This document shows, piece after piece, positions 51,725-62,052 of a stretch of 64,000 bases of DNA. The DNA is from Natronospirales bacterium (GTDB lineage Bacteria; Pseudomonadota; Gammaproteobacteria; Natronospirales; JAIVGZ01), in assembly GCA_020201335.1 (NCBI GenBank), contig JAIVGZ010000003.1, positions 1,781 through 65,780 on the forward strand, in the 5' to 3' direction. The notes beneath the pieces were generated by a model. The model ran no database searches, had not been told where the DNA came from, and saw nothing but the letters and a program-made list of their open reading frames with translations. A program made the position numbers and the translations under genes. The first letter of the stretch is position 1. Each line of letters begins with the position of its first letter.

Positions 51725-54077
51725 TCAGGTACGGCGGAGGACGGCCAGCGGCGGCACCTGGAGGACAGTACGTGTGGCGAGGAGGCCGACCAGGCCCACG
51801 CCGAATGCACCGCCCCCGAGGCCAACCAGCCACACCCAGGGGTCGGGCGCGTAGACCGATTCGAAGACCCGCTCAGCGAGCACCCAACCGACGCCGGTGG
51901 CGCCGATGGCGGCAAGCAAGCCGGCAAGCGCGCCCAGTGCGGTGAACTCGGCCCCCAGGCCGCGCAGCACCACGCCGCGCGCGGCGCCGAATGTACGCAG
52001 CAGCGCGCTTTCGCGAAGGCGCTCGTCGCGAGACGCGTTGACGGCCGCGAGCATCACGACGATTCCGGCAACCAGCGTGAACACAAACACGAATTCGACG
52101 GCGCGCGACGCTTGCGCGACCACGCTGCGTACCTGGTCGAGAATCGCGTCGATGTCGATCACCGTTACCGTCGGTAGCGTCCGTACCAATTGCAGCAGCA
52201 CCCCGCGCTCATCGCGCGGCACGAACGCGCCGCCAACCCAGGTCGCCGGCAGTCCGTCGAGCGCACCCGGCGGCAGAACCAGAAAGAAGTTCGGGTTAAA
52301 CGAGTCCCAATCGACAGTACGCAGGCTGCTCACTGTCAGTACGACGCTTTCGCCGGCGATGTCGTAGGTCATCGTATCGCCGACGGCGAGGCTGAGCCGC
52401 TCCGCGGCCTCGACCTCGACCGATACAAGCGGTTCGCCATGCTGGGCCTCGGTCCACCACGAACCGGCGACGATGCGGTTATCGACCTGAGGCTCAGCGG
52501 TCCAGCTGAGATTCGCCTCACGGTTCGCAAAGCTGCGCCCGCGGCCGCTATCGAACTCGATCTCGTCGACTGGCGTGTCGTTCAGGTGCGTCAGGCGCGC
52601 GCGCACCATCGGATGCAGAACCGGCGGCTCAATACCGGCGCCTTCGAACACGGCCGCGACCGTACTGCGTTCGTGCGTCTGGATGTTAATCAGAAACTGA
52701 TTCGGCGTGCCTTCGCCGACCGTTTGCCGCCAGCCCTCCATCAGGTCGGCGCGCACGAGCGCGAGCACCAGCAGCACCATGATGCCGAGCCCGAACGCAA
52801 CGATTTGCACGACGCTCTCGTTGCGGCGACGCGAGATGTTCGCGAGTCCGTAGCGCCAGGCGACACCGACACGTGTACGCAAGCCGCCCAATGCGCAGAG
52901 CAGCACCCATGCGCCACCGGCGAGCAGTGCCCCGGTCGCGACGACTCCAGCACCGAACCAGCCGGTGAGTTTCGCGTCACCGGTTTGCAGGTAGAGCAGG
53001 GTGCCGACGGCAGCGAGCGCGATGCCGTACGCGAACCACGCCGAGAGCGGTGGTGGGTCGAGGTCGCGGCGCAGTACGCGCGCAGGCGGAACCCGCCGCA
53101 GCGGCAGCAGCGGGGGTAACGCAAAGCCGGCCAACATGACCAGCCCCGTGCCGACGCCGACCCACGCACCGGCTGCGCGCGGCGCCGGCAGGTCGGTGAC
53201 CGACAACAGGCCGGACATGAGTTCGACCAACGCCGCTTGCGCGCCCCAACCGACCAGCACGCCAAATGCGCTGCCGACGAGCCCAATCAGGAGCACCTGC
53301 AGCGAGTAAGCACGCAGCACGAAGGCCTGCGTTCCGCCGACGCACTTGATGATTGCGATTGCGTCGAGGTGCCGCGATGCATAGCGCCGTGCGGCCATCG
53401 CTACGGGTAGCGAACGCGCTGATCGCATCCGCATCACCGGCGAACAGTTGCCGGTACGATACGCGGCTGCCCGGCTGTATCAGCTCGGTAGCCGCAAGGT
53501 CAGCGAGGTTCATCAGCGCCGCCGGTGCGAGGCTCGAGAACCCAAAGCCTTCGTCCGGCGTGTACTCGAGTACCAGCGTCGCGGTGTAGGTTGCAGCGCC
53601 AATCGACACTTCGTCGCCCGGCTCGATGCCGAGTTGCGCGAACAATTGCGTGTCCAGCCACACGGTGCCGCGCTCAGGAATCGCATTTGCGGCGTGTTGC
53701 TCGGCGAACGGGCGCGCGGCGACGCGTACGATTCCGCGCAGCGGGTAGCCATCGGCGACCGCCTTCAGATTTGCGAGTACGCTCTGGTCGCCGGCAAGTA
53801 TCACGCTCGCGAGTGACCAGCGTGCGCTCGTGCGCAGGCCCGCATCCCGCGCGGCGTCGAGGTAGCGTGCGGTGGGTTCGCTGCGCGATGTGACGACGAG
53901 GTCTGCGGCGAGGATGTCACCCGCTTGGCGCTCCATGCCGCGCGCAACTCGGTCCGTGAAGAAACCAACCGCGCTGACCGCTGCGACCGCGACCACCAAG
54001 GCGACGCCAAGGAGCAGCAGCTCACCTGATTTCAGGTCGCGCCACAGCGCCCGCCACGCGAAGCGCAGTGCAATCAT
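51725..54077 (-). pseudogene. ybbP: YbbP-type ABC transporter permease (double FtsX domain), frameshifted with an internal deletion
   Basis: The N-terminal 220 codons (54077 down to about 53420, ..QPGSRVSYRQLFAGDADAISAF) are in one frame. The remainder (..SLPVAMAARRYASRHLDAIAIIKCVGG.. to the end) is in another. About 50 residues present in E. coli YbbP between these blocks are missing. Confidence 0.7.
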
Positions 54078-54751
54078 ATGAAGCGGCCCGCATCGATTTC
54101 GACCACACGCCCACAGCGCTGTGCGAGCGCCGGGTCGTGTGTTACGAGAACAAGCGTTGTGCGCTGCGCATCGTTAAGGCTGAAAAGCATGTCGATCACG
54201 CGTGCGCCGGTGCGCGCATCCAGATTGCCGGTCGGTTCGTCAGCGAACAGCACCGACGGCCGGGGCGCGAACGCGCGCGCGAGCGCGACGCGCTGTTGCT
54301 CGCCGCCCGACAATTGTTGCGGGTAATGCCCGACGCGAGCAGCAAGGCCGACTTCGTCCAGAACGGCGCGTGCGGTGCCGCGCGGGTCCATGGCGCCGGC
54401 GAGTTCGAGGGGCAGCATCACGTTCTCGAGCGCGGTCAGCCCCCCGAGCAGGTGGAACGACTGGAACACGAATCCGACGTGCGCGGCCCTGACGCCAGCG
54501 CGGCCGTCCTCGTCGAGCGCGGTGATTTCCGTGCCTGCGAGGTGCACTGTTCCGGAACTTGGCGTGTCCAAACCTGCCAAAAGACCCAGCAGCGTCGATT
54601 TTCCGGAGCCGGACGCGCCAACAATCGCCAATGACTCGCCGCGACGGACCGAGAGCGAGACGCTGTCGAGAATCGTCAGGGTGCCCTCGGGGCTGCTAAC
54701 CTGTTTGGTCAGGCGTTCGGCGCCCAGTATTTCGGAGGTCGTTTCGGACAT
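54074..54751 (-). CDS. ybbA: ABC transporter ATP-binding protein YbbA-like
   Basis: Walker A GASGSGKST, signature LSGGEQQR and Walker B LFADEPTGNLD. Overlaps the ybbP start (ATGA). Confidence 0.9.
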   Translation of the reverse strand: MSETTSEILGAERLTKQVSSPEGTLTILDSVSLSVRRGESLAIVGASGSGKSTLLGLLAGLDTPSSGTVHLAGTEITALDEDGRAGVRAAHVGFVFQSFHLLGGLTALENVMLPLELAGAMDPRGTARAVLDEVGLAARVGHYPQQLSGGEQQRVALARAFAPRPSVLFADEPTGNLDARTGARVIDMLFSLNDAQRTTLVLVTHDPALAQRCGRVVEIDAGRFI

Positions 54752-55364
54752 GGTCAGATGGTTTCCATTATTGCTGTTGTTGTTCGTTGCGCCGTGGCCC
54801 GCCGCCGCCGCACCGGTCGTGCTGGTCGTCGGCGACAGCCTCGGGACCGCGTTTGGCCTTGAACCGCGTGAAGGCTGGGTCGCCCAGCTCGGGGAGCGTC
54901 TCGCCGATCGTGGGTTCCCGCACCGGGTCGTTAACGCGAGCATCAGTGGCGACACGACCCAGGGCGGCGTCGCGCGCCTGCCTCGTGCGCTGCGCGTGCA
55001 CGAGCCCGACACGGTCGTCATCGAACTCGGCGGCAACGACGGCCTGCGTGGATACCCGATTGAGCGGATGCGCGCGAACCTCGAGTCGATGATAACGATG
55101 TCGCGCGATGCCGGCGCAAATGTGCTGCTGGTTGGCGTGACAATTCCGCCGAATTACGGCCCTGACTATCGGCGCCGCTTCACGCGCGCGTACGAAACGC
55201 TTGCCGACAAGCATGGTGTGCCGCTGGTCGTGTTCGCGATCGAGGAGGTCGCAGAGCGCGATGGCATGCTGCAGGCGGACGGCGTCCATCCGACCGCGGC
55301 CGCACAGGGCTGGATGCTGGATATCATCTGGTCGCAACTCGAAGGCCTCGTTACCGCCCGCTGA
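54750..55364 (+). CDS. tesA: SGNH/GDSL arylesterase-thioesterase I (TesA-like)
   Basis: Signal peptide, ..VVGDSLG.., ..GGNDGLR.. and ..DGVHPT... Divergent from ybbA, as in the E. coli tesA-ybbA-ybbP arrangement. Confidence 0.85.
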   Translation: MVRWFPLLLLLFVAPWPAAAAPVVLVVGDSLGTAFGLEPREGWVAQLGERLADRGFPHRVVNASISGDTTQGGVARLPRALRVHEPDTVVIELGGNDGLRGYPIERMRANLESMITMSRDAGANVLLVGVTIPPNYGPDYRRRFTRAYETLADKHGVPLVVFAIEEVAERDGMLQADGVHPTAAAQGWMLDIIWSQLEGLVTAR

Positions 55365-56115
55365 ACATGCGCATCACCGGGAAGTAGAGCCGGTACGGCA
55401 GCATCCGGAACAGCTTCAGCAGCAATACGAAACGCAGCGGGAACGCAATCTCAAACCGACCCGACTCAAGTCCGCGCTCGATGCGCCGCGCCGCGTCCTC
55501 GACGCCGATCAGGAACGGCATGTGGAAGCGGTTCTGCTCGGTGAGTGGCGTCTTGACGAAGCCCGGATTAATCACGGTGACCCTCAGCCCCATGCGGTCG
55601 AAATCGAAGCGCAGGCTCTCCGCGAGATTGATCAGCGCTGCTTTGGTTGCGCTATAAGGCCCGCCGAGCGGCAGGCCGCGATAGCCGGACAGGCTCGCCA
55701 TCAGCGCGATGTGCCCGCGGCCACGGCCGCGCATGGCGGGCAGTATCGCGTCGATGCCGTGCACCACACCCATGAAGTTCACGCGCATCGTGGTATCGAA
55801 CGGTTCGACCGAGAAATCCTTTGCGCGGAACGGCGTGAACTGGCCGGCGTTCAATACTGCGAGGTCGATTGGCCCCAATTCAGACTCGATTGCGGCGACC
55901 GTGGCGCGGTTGGCCGGCAGGTCGGTTACATCGAGCGGAAACGCATGGACCGTCCCTGGAGGCGCCGCGTCGACAACCTCGCGCAGCGCTGCGTCGCGCC
56001 GCCCTGAAACCGCCACCGTCCAGCCATGCGCCGCAAGCCTGAGCGCGAGTGCCCGCCCGATGCCCGTGCCGCCGCCAGTTATCCACACAATCCGCCGTTG
56101 TTCCATCCTGTCCAT
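55351..56115 (-). CDS. SDR-family oxidoreductase
   Basis: ..ITGGGTGIGRALA.. and ..YSATKAA... Start taken at MDRMEQ. Confidence 0.8.
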   Translation of the reverse strand: MDRMEQRRIVWITGGGTGIGRALALRLAAHGWTVAVSGRRDAALREVVDAAPPGTVHAFPLDVTDLPANRATVAAIESELGPIDLAVLNAGQFTPFRAKDFSVEPFDTTMRVNFMGVVHGIDAILPAMRGRGRGHIALMASLSGYRGLPLGGPYSATKAALINLAESLRFDFDRMGLRVTVINPGFVKTPLTEQNRFHMPFLIGVEDAARRIERGLESGRFEIAFPLRFVLLLKLFRMLPYRLYFPVMRMFSGR

Positions 56116-56132
56116 GCCGCCACAATAGCGCG

Positions 56133-57344
56133 ATGAACGACAAGAAAGGAACACTGAGCGATACGAACTGGGGCGCGTCCACGCGCGCCGTGTGGGGCGG
56201 TGAGCCAGAAACCGGTCCCGACGGTGTGACGGTAACGCCGGTGTTTCACGGCGTCACCTTCGGCTTCGCGAACCTCGAAGACTGGCGTGCGGTCGCGCTC
56301 GGGGAACGGCCCGGCCATGTCTATTCGCGCAACACCAACCCGAGTGTCGCTGTGTTTGAGGACAAGGTGCGCGTACTCGAAGGCGCCGCAGCCGCGACCA
56401 GCTTCGCGACCGGCATGGCCGCAGTCAGCAACACGCTGTTCACGCTCCTTTCGCCGGGCGACCGTGTGGTCAGCATCAAGGATAGTTACGGCGGCACCAA
56501 CAAGCTCTTCATGGAGTTCCTGCCGCGCTTCGGCATCGAGGTCGAGCTGTGCGACACCACCGACCACGAGGCCATCGAAAGCGCGGTCGCAAAGGGTTGT
56601 CGGGTGCTGTACCTCGAATCACCCACCAATCCGACGCTCAAGGTCGTCGACATAAGTCGCCTGGCTGCGGCCGCGCACGCGGTCGGCGCAACAGTGGTGG
56701 TGGACAACACCTTCGCCACGCCGATCAACCAGAATCCGCTCGCCCTTGGCGCCGACCTCGTGCTGCACAGCGCCACCAAGTTCCTCGGTGGCCATTCGGA
56801 TGCGATGGGCGGCGTGGTCTGCGGGTCGACAGAACTGGTCAAGCGCCTTTACCACTTCCGCGAGATCAATGGTGCCTCGCTCGACTCTATGTCGGCGTTC
56901 CTGTTGACGCGGGGTATCAAGACGCTGGAGTTGCGCGTCGAGCGCCAGAACGCCAACGCGATGAAAATCTCACGGTTCCTGGCCGAGCATCCGGCGGTCG
57001 CTTCCGTTCATTACCCTGGGCTCGAGAGCCACCCCGGACACGCAATCGCCGCGCGCCAGATGCGCGGGTTCGGCGGTGTGCTCGCTTTCTCGCTCAATGG
57101 CGGCTACGAGGCGATGCGCACGGTCGTGGATGCGCTCCGCCTCGCACACCGAGCGGCGAGCCTGGGTTCGGTCGGCACGCTGGTGGGGCCACCCGCGGTG
57201 ACCAGCCATGTCGAACTCTCGGAAACCGAGCGCGCCGCCGCCGGCATCCCCGAGAGCCTGGTCCGCTACTCGACTGGCATCGAGAATGCGGATGACCTGA
57301 TTGCTGACCTCGCACAGGCGCTGGATGGACTCGCCGCTGACTGA
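56133..57344 (+). CDS. Cys/Met-metabolism PLP-dependent enzyme (cystathionine gamma-synthase/beta-lyase family)
   Basis: 403 aa. ..VLHSATKFLGGHSDAMGG.. (PLP Lys) and ..YSRNTNPS... Confidence 0.85.
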   Translation: MNDKKGTLSDTNWGASTRAVWGGEPETGPDGVTVTPVFHGVTFGFANLEDWRAVALGERPGHVYSRNTNPSVAVFEDKVRVLEGAAAATSFATGMAAVSNTLFTLLSPGDRVVSIKDSYGGTNKLFMEFLPRFGIEVELCDTTDHEAIESAVAKGCRVLYLESPTNPTLKVVDISRLAAAAHAVGATVVVDNTFATPINQNPLALGADLVLHSATKFLGGHSDAMGGVVCGSTELVKRLYHFREINGASLDSMSAFLLTRGIKTLELRVERQNANAMKISRFLAEHPAVASVHYPGLESHPGHAIAARQMRGFGGVLAFSLNGGYEAMRTVVDALRLAHRAASLGSVGTLVGPPAVTSHVELSETERAAAGIPESLVRYSTGIENADDLIADLAQALDGLAAD

Positions 57345-58611
57345 TACCGAACGACGCGTACTCGAGGCCGTTGATATCGACGGCCTGGTCGCGACGCTGT
57401 GCGAACTGATCGCGTTCAAGAGTGACGGTGGTCAGGAGGTCGCCGTGCAGGAACGCATGGCCGCGTTGCTCGCCGATATCGGTATGGCGGTCGATACCTG
57501 GGAAATCGACCTGCCCGAATTACGGCAGCACACCGCCTACGCCGCTGAGATCGAACGCGACCGCGCGCTCGGCGTGGTCGGCAAGATTGGGCGTGGCGAC
57601 GGTCGCTCGCTAATCCTGAATGGGCATGTCGATGTCGTCCCGGCCGGCGAGTTGGCACGCTGGAGCGTGCCGCCATTCGAGGGTACCGTGCGCGACGGGC
57701 GCGTGTACGGGCGCGGCAGCGCCGACATGAAAGGCGGTGTGTGCTGCGCGGTGTACGCGGTACGGGCGCTACGCGACGCCGGCGTCGAGCTCGACGGCTC
57801 GCTGCTCATCCAGAGCGTCGCAGGTGAAGAGGACGGCGGCATGGGTACGCTGGCCGCGATTGAACGCGGACACACCGCGGATGCGGCAATTATTCTCGAG
57901 CCGACCGAGCTCATCGTCGCGCCTGCCCAGGGTGGTGCGCTGAGCTTCCGTATCACCATCCCGGGATTGGCCGCGCACGGCGCGTTGCGCGCCGAGGGCG
58001 TCGACCCGCTGGAAAAATTCCCGGCGGTCTTCCGCGCTCTGCGTGAACTCGAGCGCACACGCAACGAACGCCTGCGCCACCCGCTCTACGCTGATTACGA
58101 AGTGCCGTACGCGATTTGCGTCGGCAAAGTCCGTGGCGGCGTGTGGGCCTCGACGGTCGCGGAGACGCTGGTCCTTGAAGGACGATACGGCGTCGGCATC
58201 GGCGAGGATTGCGAAACCGCACGCGAGGAGTTCGAGCACGCGATTGCTGCGGCCGCGCGTGACGATGCGTGGCTCGCCGGGCATCCGCCCCTCGTCGAGT
58301 GGTGGGGTGCGCGTTACGAGCCCGCCGACATTCCTGTCGACCACCCGCTGGTGACAACGCTGGGCTGCGCGTTCGGCCAGGCCACTGGTGCGCCCCCGCG
58401 TATCCAGGGGATGCCCTACGGCGCCGACATGCACTTGCTCGTGCACCACGGGCACACACCGACCGTAATCTTCGGCCCCGGCGATGTGCGCACCGCGCAT
58501 GCACCGGATGAATTCGTGCCGATCGCCGAGCTCGAAGCCGCGACCCGCACGCTGGCGTTGACGGCGCTTCGCTACTGCGCAACCGGGTTGCCTGCCGCGC
58601 ACAGGCGGTGA
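57325..58611 (+). CDS. M20-family peptidase (ArgE/DapE-like deacylase)
   Basis: ..LNGHVDVVP.., ..GRGSADMKGG.. and ..GEEDGG... Overlaps the upstream gene. Confidence 0.8.
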   Translation: MDSPLTDTERRVLEAVDIDGLVATLCELIAFKSDGGQEVAVQERMAALLADIGMAVDTWEIDLPELRQHTAYAAEIERDRALGVVGKIGRGDGRSLILNGHVDVVPAGELARWSVPPFEGTVRDGRVYGRGSADMKGGVCCAVYAVRALRDAGVELDGSLLIQSVAGEEDGGMGTLAAIERGHTADAAIILEPTELIVAPAQGGALSFRITIPGLAAHGALRAEGVDPLEKFPAVFRALRELERTRNERLRHPLYADYEVPYAICVGKVRGGVWASTVAETLVLEGRYGVGIGEDCETAREEFEHAIAAAARDDAWLAGHPPLVEWWGARYEPADIPVDHPLVTTLGCAFGQATGAPPRIQGMPYGADMHLLVHHGHTPTVIFGPGDVRTAHAPDEFVPIAELEAATRTLALTALRYCATGLPAAHRR

Positions 58612-58623
58612 TATACAGGTCCG

Positions 58624-60285
58624 ATGGACAAGATATGGCTCAAACAATACCCGCCCGGCGTTCCGCCCGAAATCGAACTCGGGCCAGATGCGACGCTGCA
58701 GAAGGTCATCAACGAGAGCTTTAACGAGTTCCGGAACCTGCCTGCGTTCTCGAACATGGGCAAGACGCTGACCTTCGCCGAGATCGACCAGTCCAGCCGC
58801 TATTTCGCTGCCTGGCTGCAGAAGGTCGCCGGCCTGAAAGCAGGCGACCGCCTCGCGATCATGATGCCGAACCTGCTGCAGTACCCGGTCGTACTCTACG
58901 GTGCGCTGCGGTCGGGCATCGTCGTGGTGAACGTGAACCCGCTGTACACGGCGCGGGAGCTCGAGCACCAGCTCAAGGATTCCGGCGCGACCGCCATTGT
59001 GATCCTGGACAATTTCGCGCACACGCTCGAGAAGGTAATCGAGAAAACGCCAATCAAGACGGTCGTTACCACGCGGATTGGCGACATGCTGAGCCCACCG
59101 AAGCGCCAGCTCGTCAACTTTGTCATCAAGCGCGTGAAGAAGATGGTGCCTGCGTACAGCTTGCCTGGCGCGCACGACCTGAGGCGCGCAATCGGCGCCG
59201 GCAAATGGCAGATACTCGACGAGGTTGAGGTCAGCCCGGACGACACCGCGTTCCTGCAATATACCGGTGGCACCACTGGCGTTTCGAAAGGCGCGGAGCT
59301 CACGCACCGCAACATGGTTGCAAACCTCGAGCAGGTCAAGGCGTGGTTCGGCACGAAAACGATTGTGGGCGGCGAAGTCGTCATTACCGCGCTGCCGCTG
59401 TACCACATCTTCTCTCTGACCTGTAACTGCCTGCAGTTTCTGAAGCTCGGCGGCCTGAACGTGCTGATCACCAACCCGCGCGACATGCCGGCGTTCTGCA
59501 AGGAGCTCGGCAAGCACAAGTTCACGGTAATCACCGGCGTGAACACGCTGTTCAACGGGCTACTCCACTGCCCATCGTTCGCCAAACTGGACTTCTCGTC
59601 GCTGAAGCTGGCACTCGGAGGTGGCATGGCGGTGCAGCGTGCGGTCGCCGAGCATTGGAAGCGCGTCACCGGCGTGCCGCTGCTCGAGGGCTTCGGCCTG
59701 ACGGAGACTTCTCCGGTCGCGACGGTGAACCCGCTCGACAACACCGATTACACCGGCTCAATCGGCTTGCCGCTGCCATCGACCGAGCTGTCGATTCGCG
59801 ACGAAGAAGGTAACGAAGTTCCGTCCGGCAACGTCGGTGAAATCTGGATACGCGGCCCACAGGTTATGAAGGGCTACTGGAACCGGCCGGACGAAACCGT
59901 GAAGGTGCTGATGCCCGGCGGTTGGTTAAAGACCGGCGACATGGGCGAGATGGACGAAGACGGGTACACCCGCATCGTCGACCGCAAGAAGGACATGATC
60001 CTGGTGTCCGGCTTCAACGTCTATCCGAACGAAATAGAGTCAGTCGCCGTCGAGCACCCGGGAATCCTTGAGGCCGCTGCGGTCGGCGTGCCCGACGAGA
60101 ACTCCGGCGAAGTCGTCAAGCTGTTCGTGGTGCGTAACGACCCCAGTCTGACTGTTGAGCAGGTGGTCGCGCATTGCCGCGAATCGTTGACCGGGTACAA
60201 GGTGCCGAAGCATGTGGAGTTCCGGGATGAACTTCCAAAAACCAATGTTGGGAAAATATTGAGACGGGCGTTGCGGGACGGTTAA
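58624..60285 (+). CDS. fadD: Long-chain-fatty-acid--CoA ligase
   Basis: 553 aa. AMP-binding ..[12 protein letters not shown].. and ..[24 protein letters not shown]... Confidence 0.9.
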   Translation: MDKIWLKQYPPGVPPEIELGPDATLQKVINESFNEFRNLPAFSNMGKTLTFAEIDQSSRYFAAWLQKVAGLKAGDRLAIMMPNLLQYPVVLYGALRSGIVVVNVNPLYTARELEHQLKDSGATAIVILDNFAHTLEKVIEKTPIKTVVTTRIGDMLSPPKRQLVNFVIKRVKKMVPAYSLPGAHDLRRAIGAGKWQILDEVEVSPDDTAFLQYTGGTTGVSKGAELTHRNMVANLEQVKAWFGTKTIVGGEVVITALPLYHIFSLTCNCLQFLKLGGLNVLITNPRDMPAFCKELGKHKFTVITGVNTLFNGLLHCPSFAKLDFSSLKLALGGGMAVQRAVAEHWKRVTGVPLLEGFGLTETSPVATVNPLDNTDYTGSIGLPLPSTELSIRDEEGNEVPSGNVGEIWIRGPQVMKGYWNRPDETVKVLMPGGWLKTGDMGEMDEDGYTRIVDRKKDMILVSGFNVYPNEIESVAVEHPGILEAAAVGVPDENSGEVVKLFVVRNDPSLTVEQVVAHCRESLTGYKVPKHVEFRDELPKTNVGKILRRALRDG

Positions 60286-61337
60286 TCGGACTGGTGCGAG
60301 TGGACCGCGTCGACCATTACCGCGACATGGTCGGGGTCGATGTGCTGGTGGATGCCGTGCCCCAGATTGAACACGTGGCCCGGTCCGGGTCCGAAGCTGT
60401 CCAGAACCTTCCTGACTTCAGTCCGGATTTCATCCGGCTCCGCGTATAGCACCGACGGGTCGAGGTTGCCCTGCAGCGCGACGCGGTCACCGACACGCCG
60501 CCTAGCATCCGCGAGGTCGGTCGTCCAATCGATGCCGACCCCGTCGGCACCCGTAGCGGCGATATCCTCTAGCCATTGGCCGCCACCTTTCGTAAAAAGG
60601 ATTACCGGCACACGGTGGCCTTCGTGTTCACGCTTCAGGCCGGCGACAATTTCGCGCATCGGGTCCAGCGACCAGCGCTTGTAGCCTGCGGGCGTTAATA
60701 CACCGCCCCAGCTGTCGAAAATCATCAGCGCCTGCGCACCCGCTTCGACCTGTGCGTTCAGGTAACGCGTGACCGACTTGACCAGCACATCGAGCAGCGC
60801 GTGCAGTGTGCCGGGGTCGGTGTATGCGAGCGCTTTGATTTTTGCAAACTCGCGCGTTGAACCGCCCTCGACCATGTAGGTTGCGAGCGTCCACGGGCTG
60901 CCAGCAAAACCGATAAGGGGCACGCTTCCGGCGAGTTCCTTGCGAATCAGGCGAACCGCGTCGGTCACATAGCGCAGCTCTATATCCGGGTCCGGCGGGG
61001 CAAGCTTCAGAATCTCGCTGCGGCTCGTCAACGGCCGCTCGAACACCGGGCCTTCGCCTTCGACGAAGCGCAGCCCGAGCCCCATCGCGTCAGGGATCGT
61101 CAGGATGTCGGAGAAGAGGATTGCTGCATCAAGCGGGAAGCGTGCGAGCGGCTGCAGCGTGACCTCGCAAGCGAGTTCAGGCGTCGAGCACAGCGTCATG
61201 AAGTCGCCGGCACGCGCACGCGTTGCGCGGTACTCGGGGAGGTAGCGGCCGGCCTGACGCATCACCCAAACCGGCGTGCGGTCGACCGGCTGGCGCGCGA
61301 GCGCGCGCAGTAGCCGGTCGTTCTGGAGTTCAACCAC
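60282..61337 (-). CDS. hemE: Uroporphyrinogen decarboxylase
   Basis: ..[16 protein letters not shown].. and ..[13 protein letters not shown]... The GTG at 61337 gives about 352 aa and overlaps the pyrF stop. Confidence 0.9.
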   Translation of the reverse strand: MVELQNDRLLRALARQPVDRTPVWVMRQAGRYLPEYRATRARAGDFMTLCSTPELACEVTLQPLARFPLDAAILFSDILTIPDAMGLGLRFVEGEGPVFERPLTSRSEILKLAPPDPDIELRYVTDAVRLIRKELAGSVPLIGFAGSPWTLATYMVEGGSTREFAKIKALAYTDPGTLHALLDVLVKSVTRYLNAQVEAGAQALMIFDSWGGVLTPAGYKRWSLDPMREIVAGLKREHEGHRVPVILFTKGGGQWLEDIAATGADGVGIDWTTDLADARRRVGDRVALQGNLDPSVLYAEPDEIRTEVRKVLDSFGPGPGHVFNLGHGIHQHIDPDHVAVMVDAVHSHQSD

Positions 61338-62037
61338 CGACGACCTCGGCAATTGTTTGCTGGATGCTCTCGGCGGCGGCGCGCGGGTCCGGCGCGTTGC
61401 GGATGGGGCGGCCGACAACGATGTAATCGGCACCGCTACGGAACGCCTGGTCGACGGTGACGACGCGCTTCTGGTCGTCGACGGGGCGGTTTTCAACTGG
61501 GCGAATGCCGGGGCACACGACGAAAAGCTTGTCGCTCACATCGCGGCGCAGCATCGGTACCTCGAGCCCCGATGACACGACACCGTCGCAGCCGGCTTCT
61601 AGCGCGCGCCTCGCGCGGGAAATCACGAGTTGCTCTACATCGCACTGGAAGCCCAGGTCATCGAGGTCGCCGCGGTCGAGGCTCGTGAGCACCGTGACGG
61701 CCAATACCTTGAGGTCGCCCTTTTCAGCAGCGGCAGCTTCCATGATTGACTGATTGCCGTGGATGGTCGCGAAGGTTGCTCCGCGCTCGCGCAGCCGGCG
61801 GATTGCCGCAGCGACCGTCGCAGGGACATCGAAGAACTTCAGGTCAACGAAGACTTTCTTGTCACGGGCGATCAGCCACTCCATGAGCTCGAAGTAGCCG
61901 CCGGCCATGAAGAGTTCCATGCCGAGCTTGTAGAAGGTAACGGAATCCCCGAGTTGCTCGACGACCCGACGCGCTTCCGTGGCGTCGGGGACATCGAGCG
62001 CGAAAATCAGGCGCTCGCTGGTGGGGATGTCCTTCAT
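61330..62037 (-). CDS. pyrF: Orotidine 5'-phosphate decarboxylase
   Basis: ..LIFALDV.., ..[12 protein letters not shown].. and ..IVVGRPI... Confidence 0.9.
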   Translation of the reverse strand: MKDIPTSERLIFALDVPDATEARRVVEQLGDSVTFYKLGMELFMAGGYFELMEWLIARDKKVFVDLKFFDVPATVAAAIRRLRERGATFATIHGNQSIMEAAAAEKGDLKVLAVTVLTSLDRGDLDDLGFQCDVEQLVISRARRALEAGCDGVVSSGLEVPMLRRDVSDKLFVVCPGIRPVENRPVDDQKRVVTVDQAFRSGADYIVVGRPIRNAPDPRAAAESIQQTIAEVVGG

Positions 62038-62052
62038 GCGCCAGCGGAACCG

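Noticed and set aside
57769-59517. 582-aa ORF on the minus strand.
   Set aside because: It is antisense to the M20 peptidase and fadD, both of which carry clear family motifs. The ORF has no recognisable motifs of its own.
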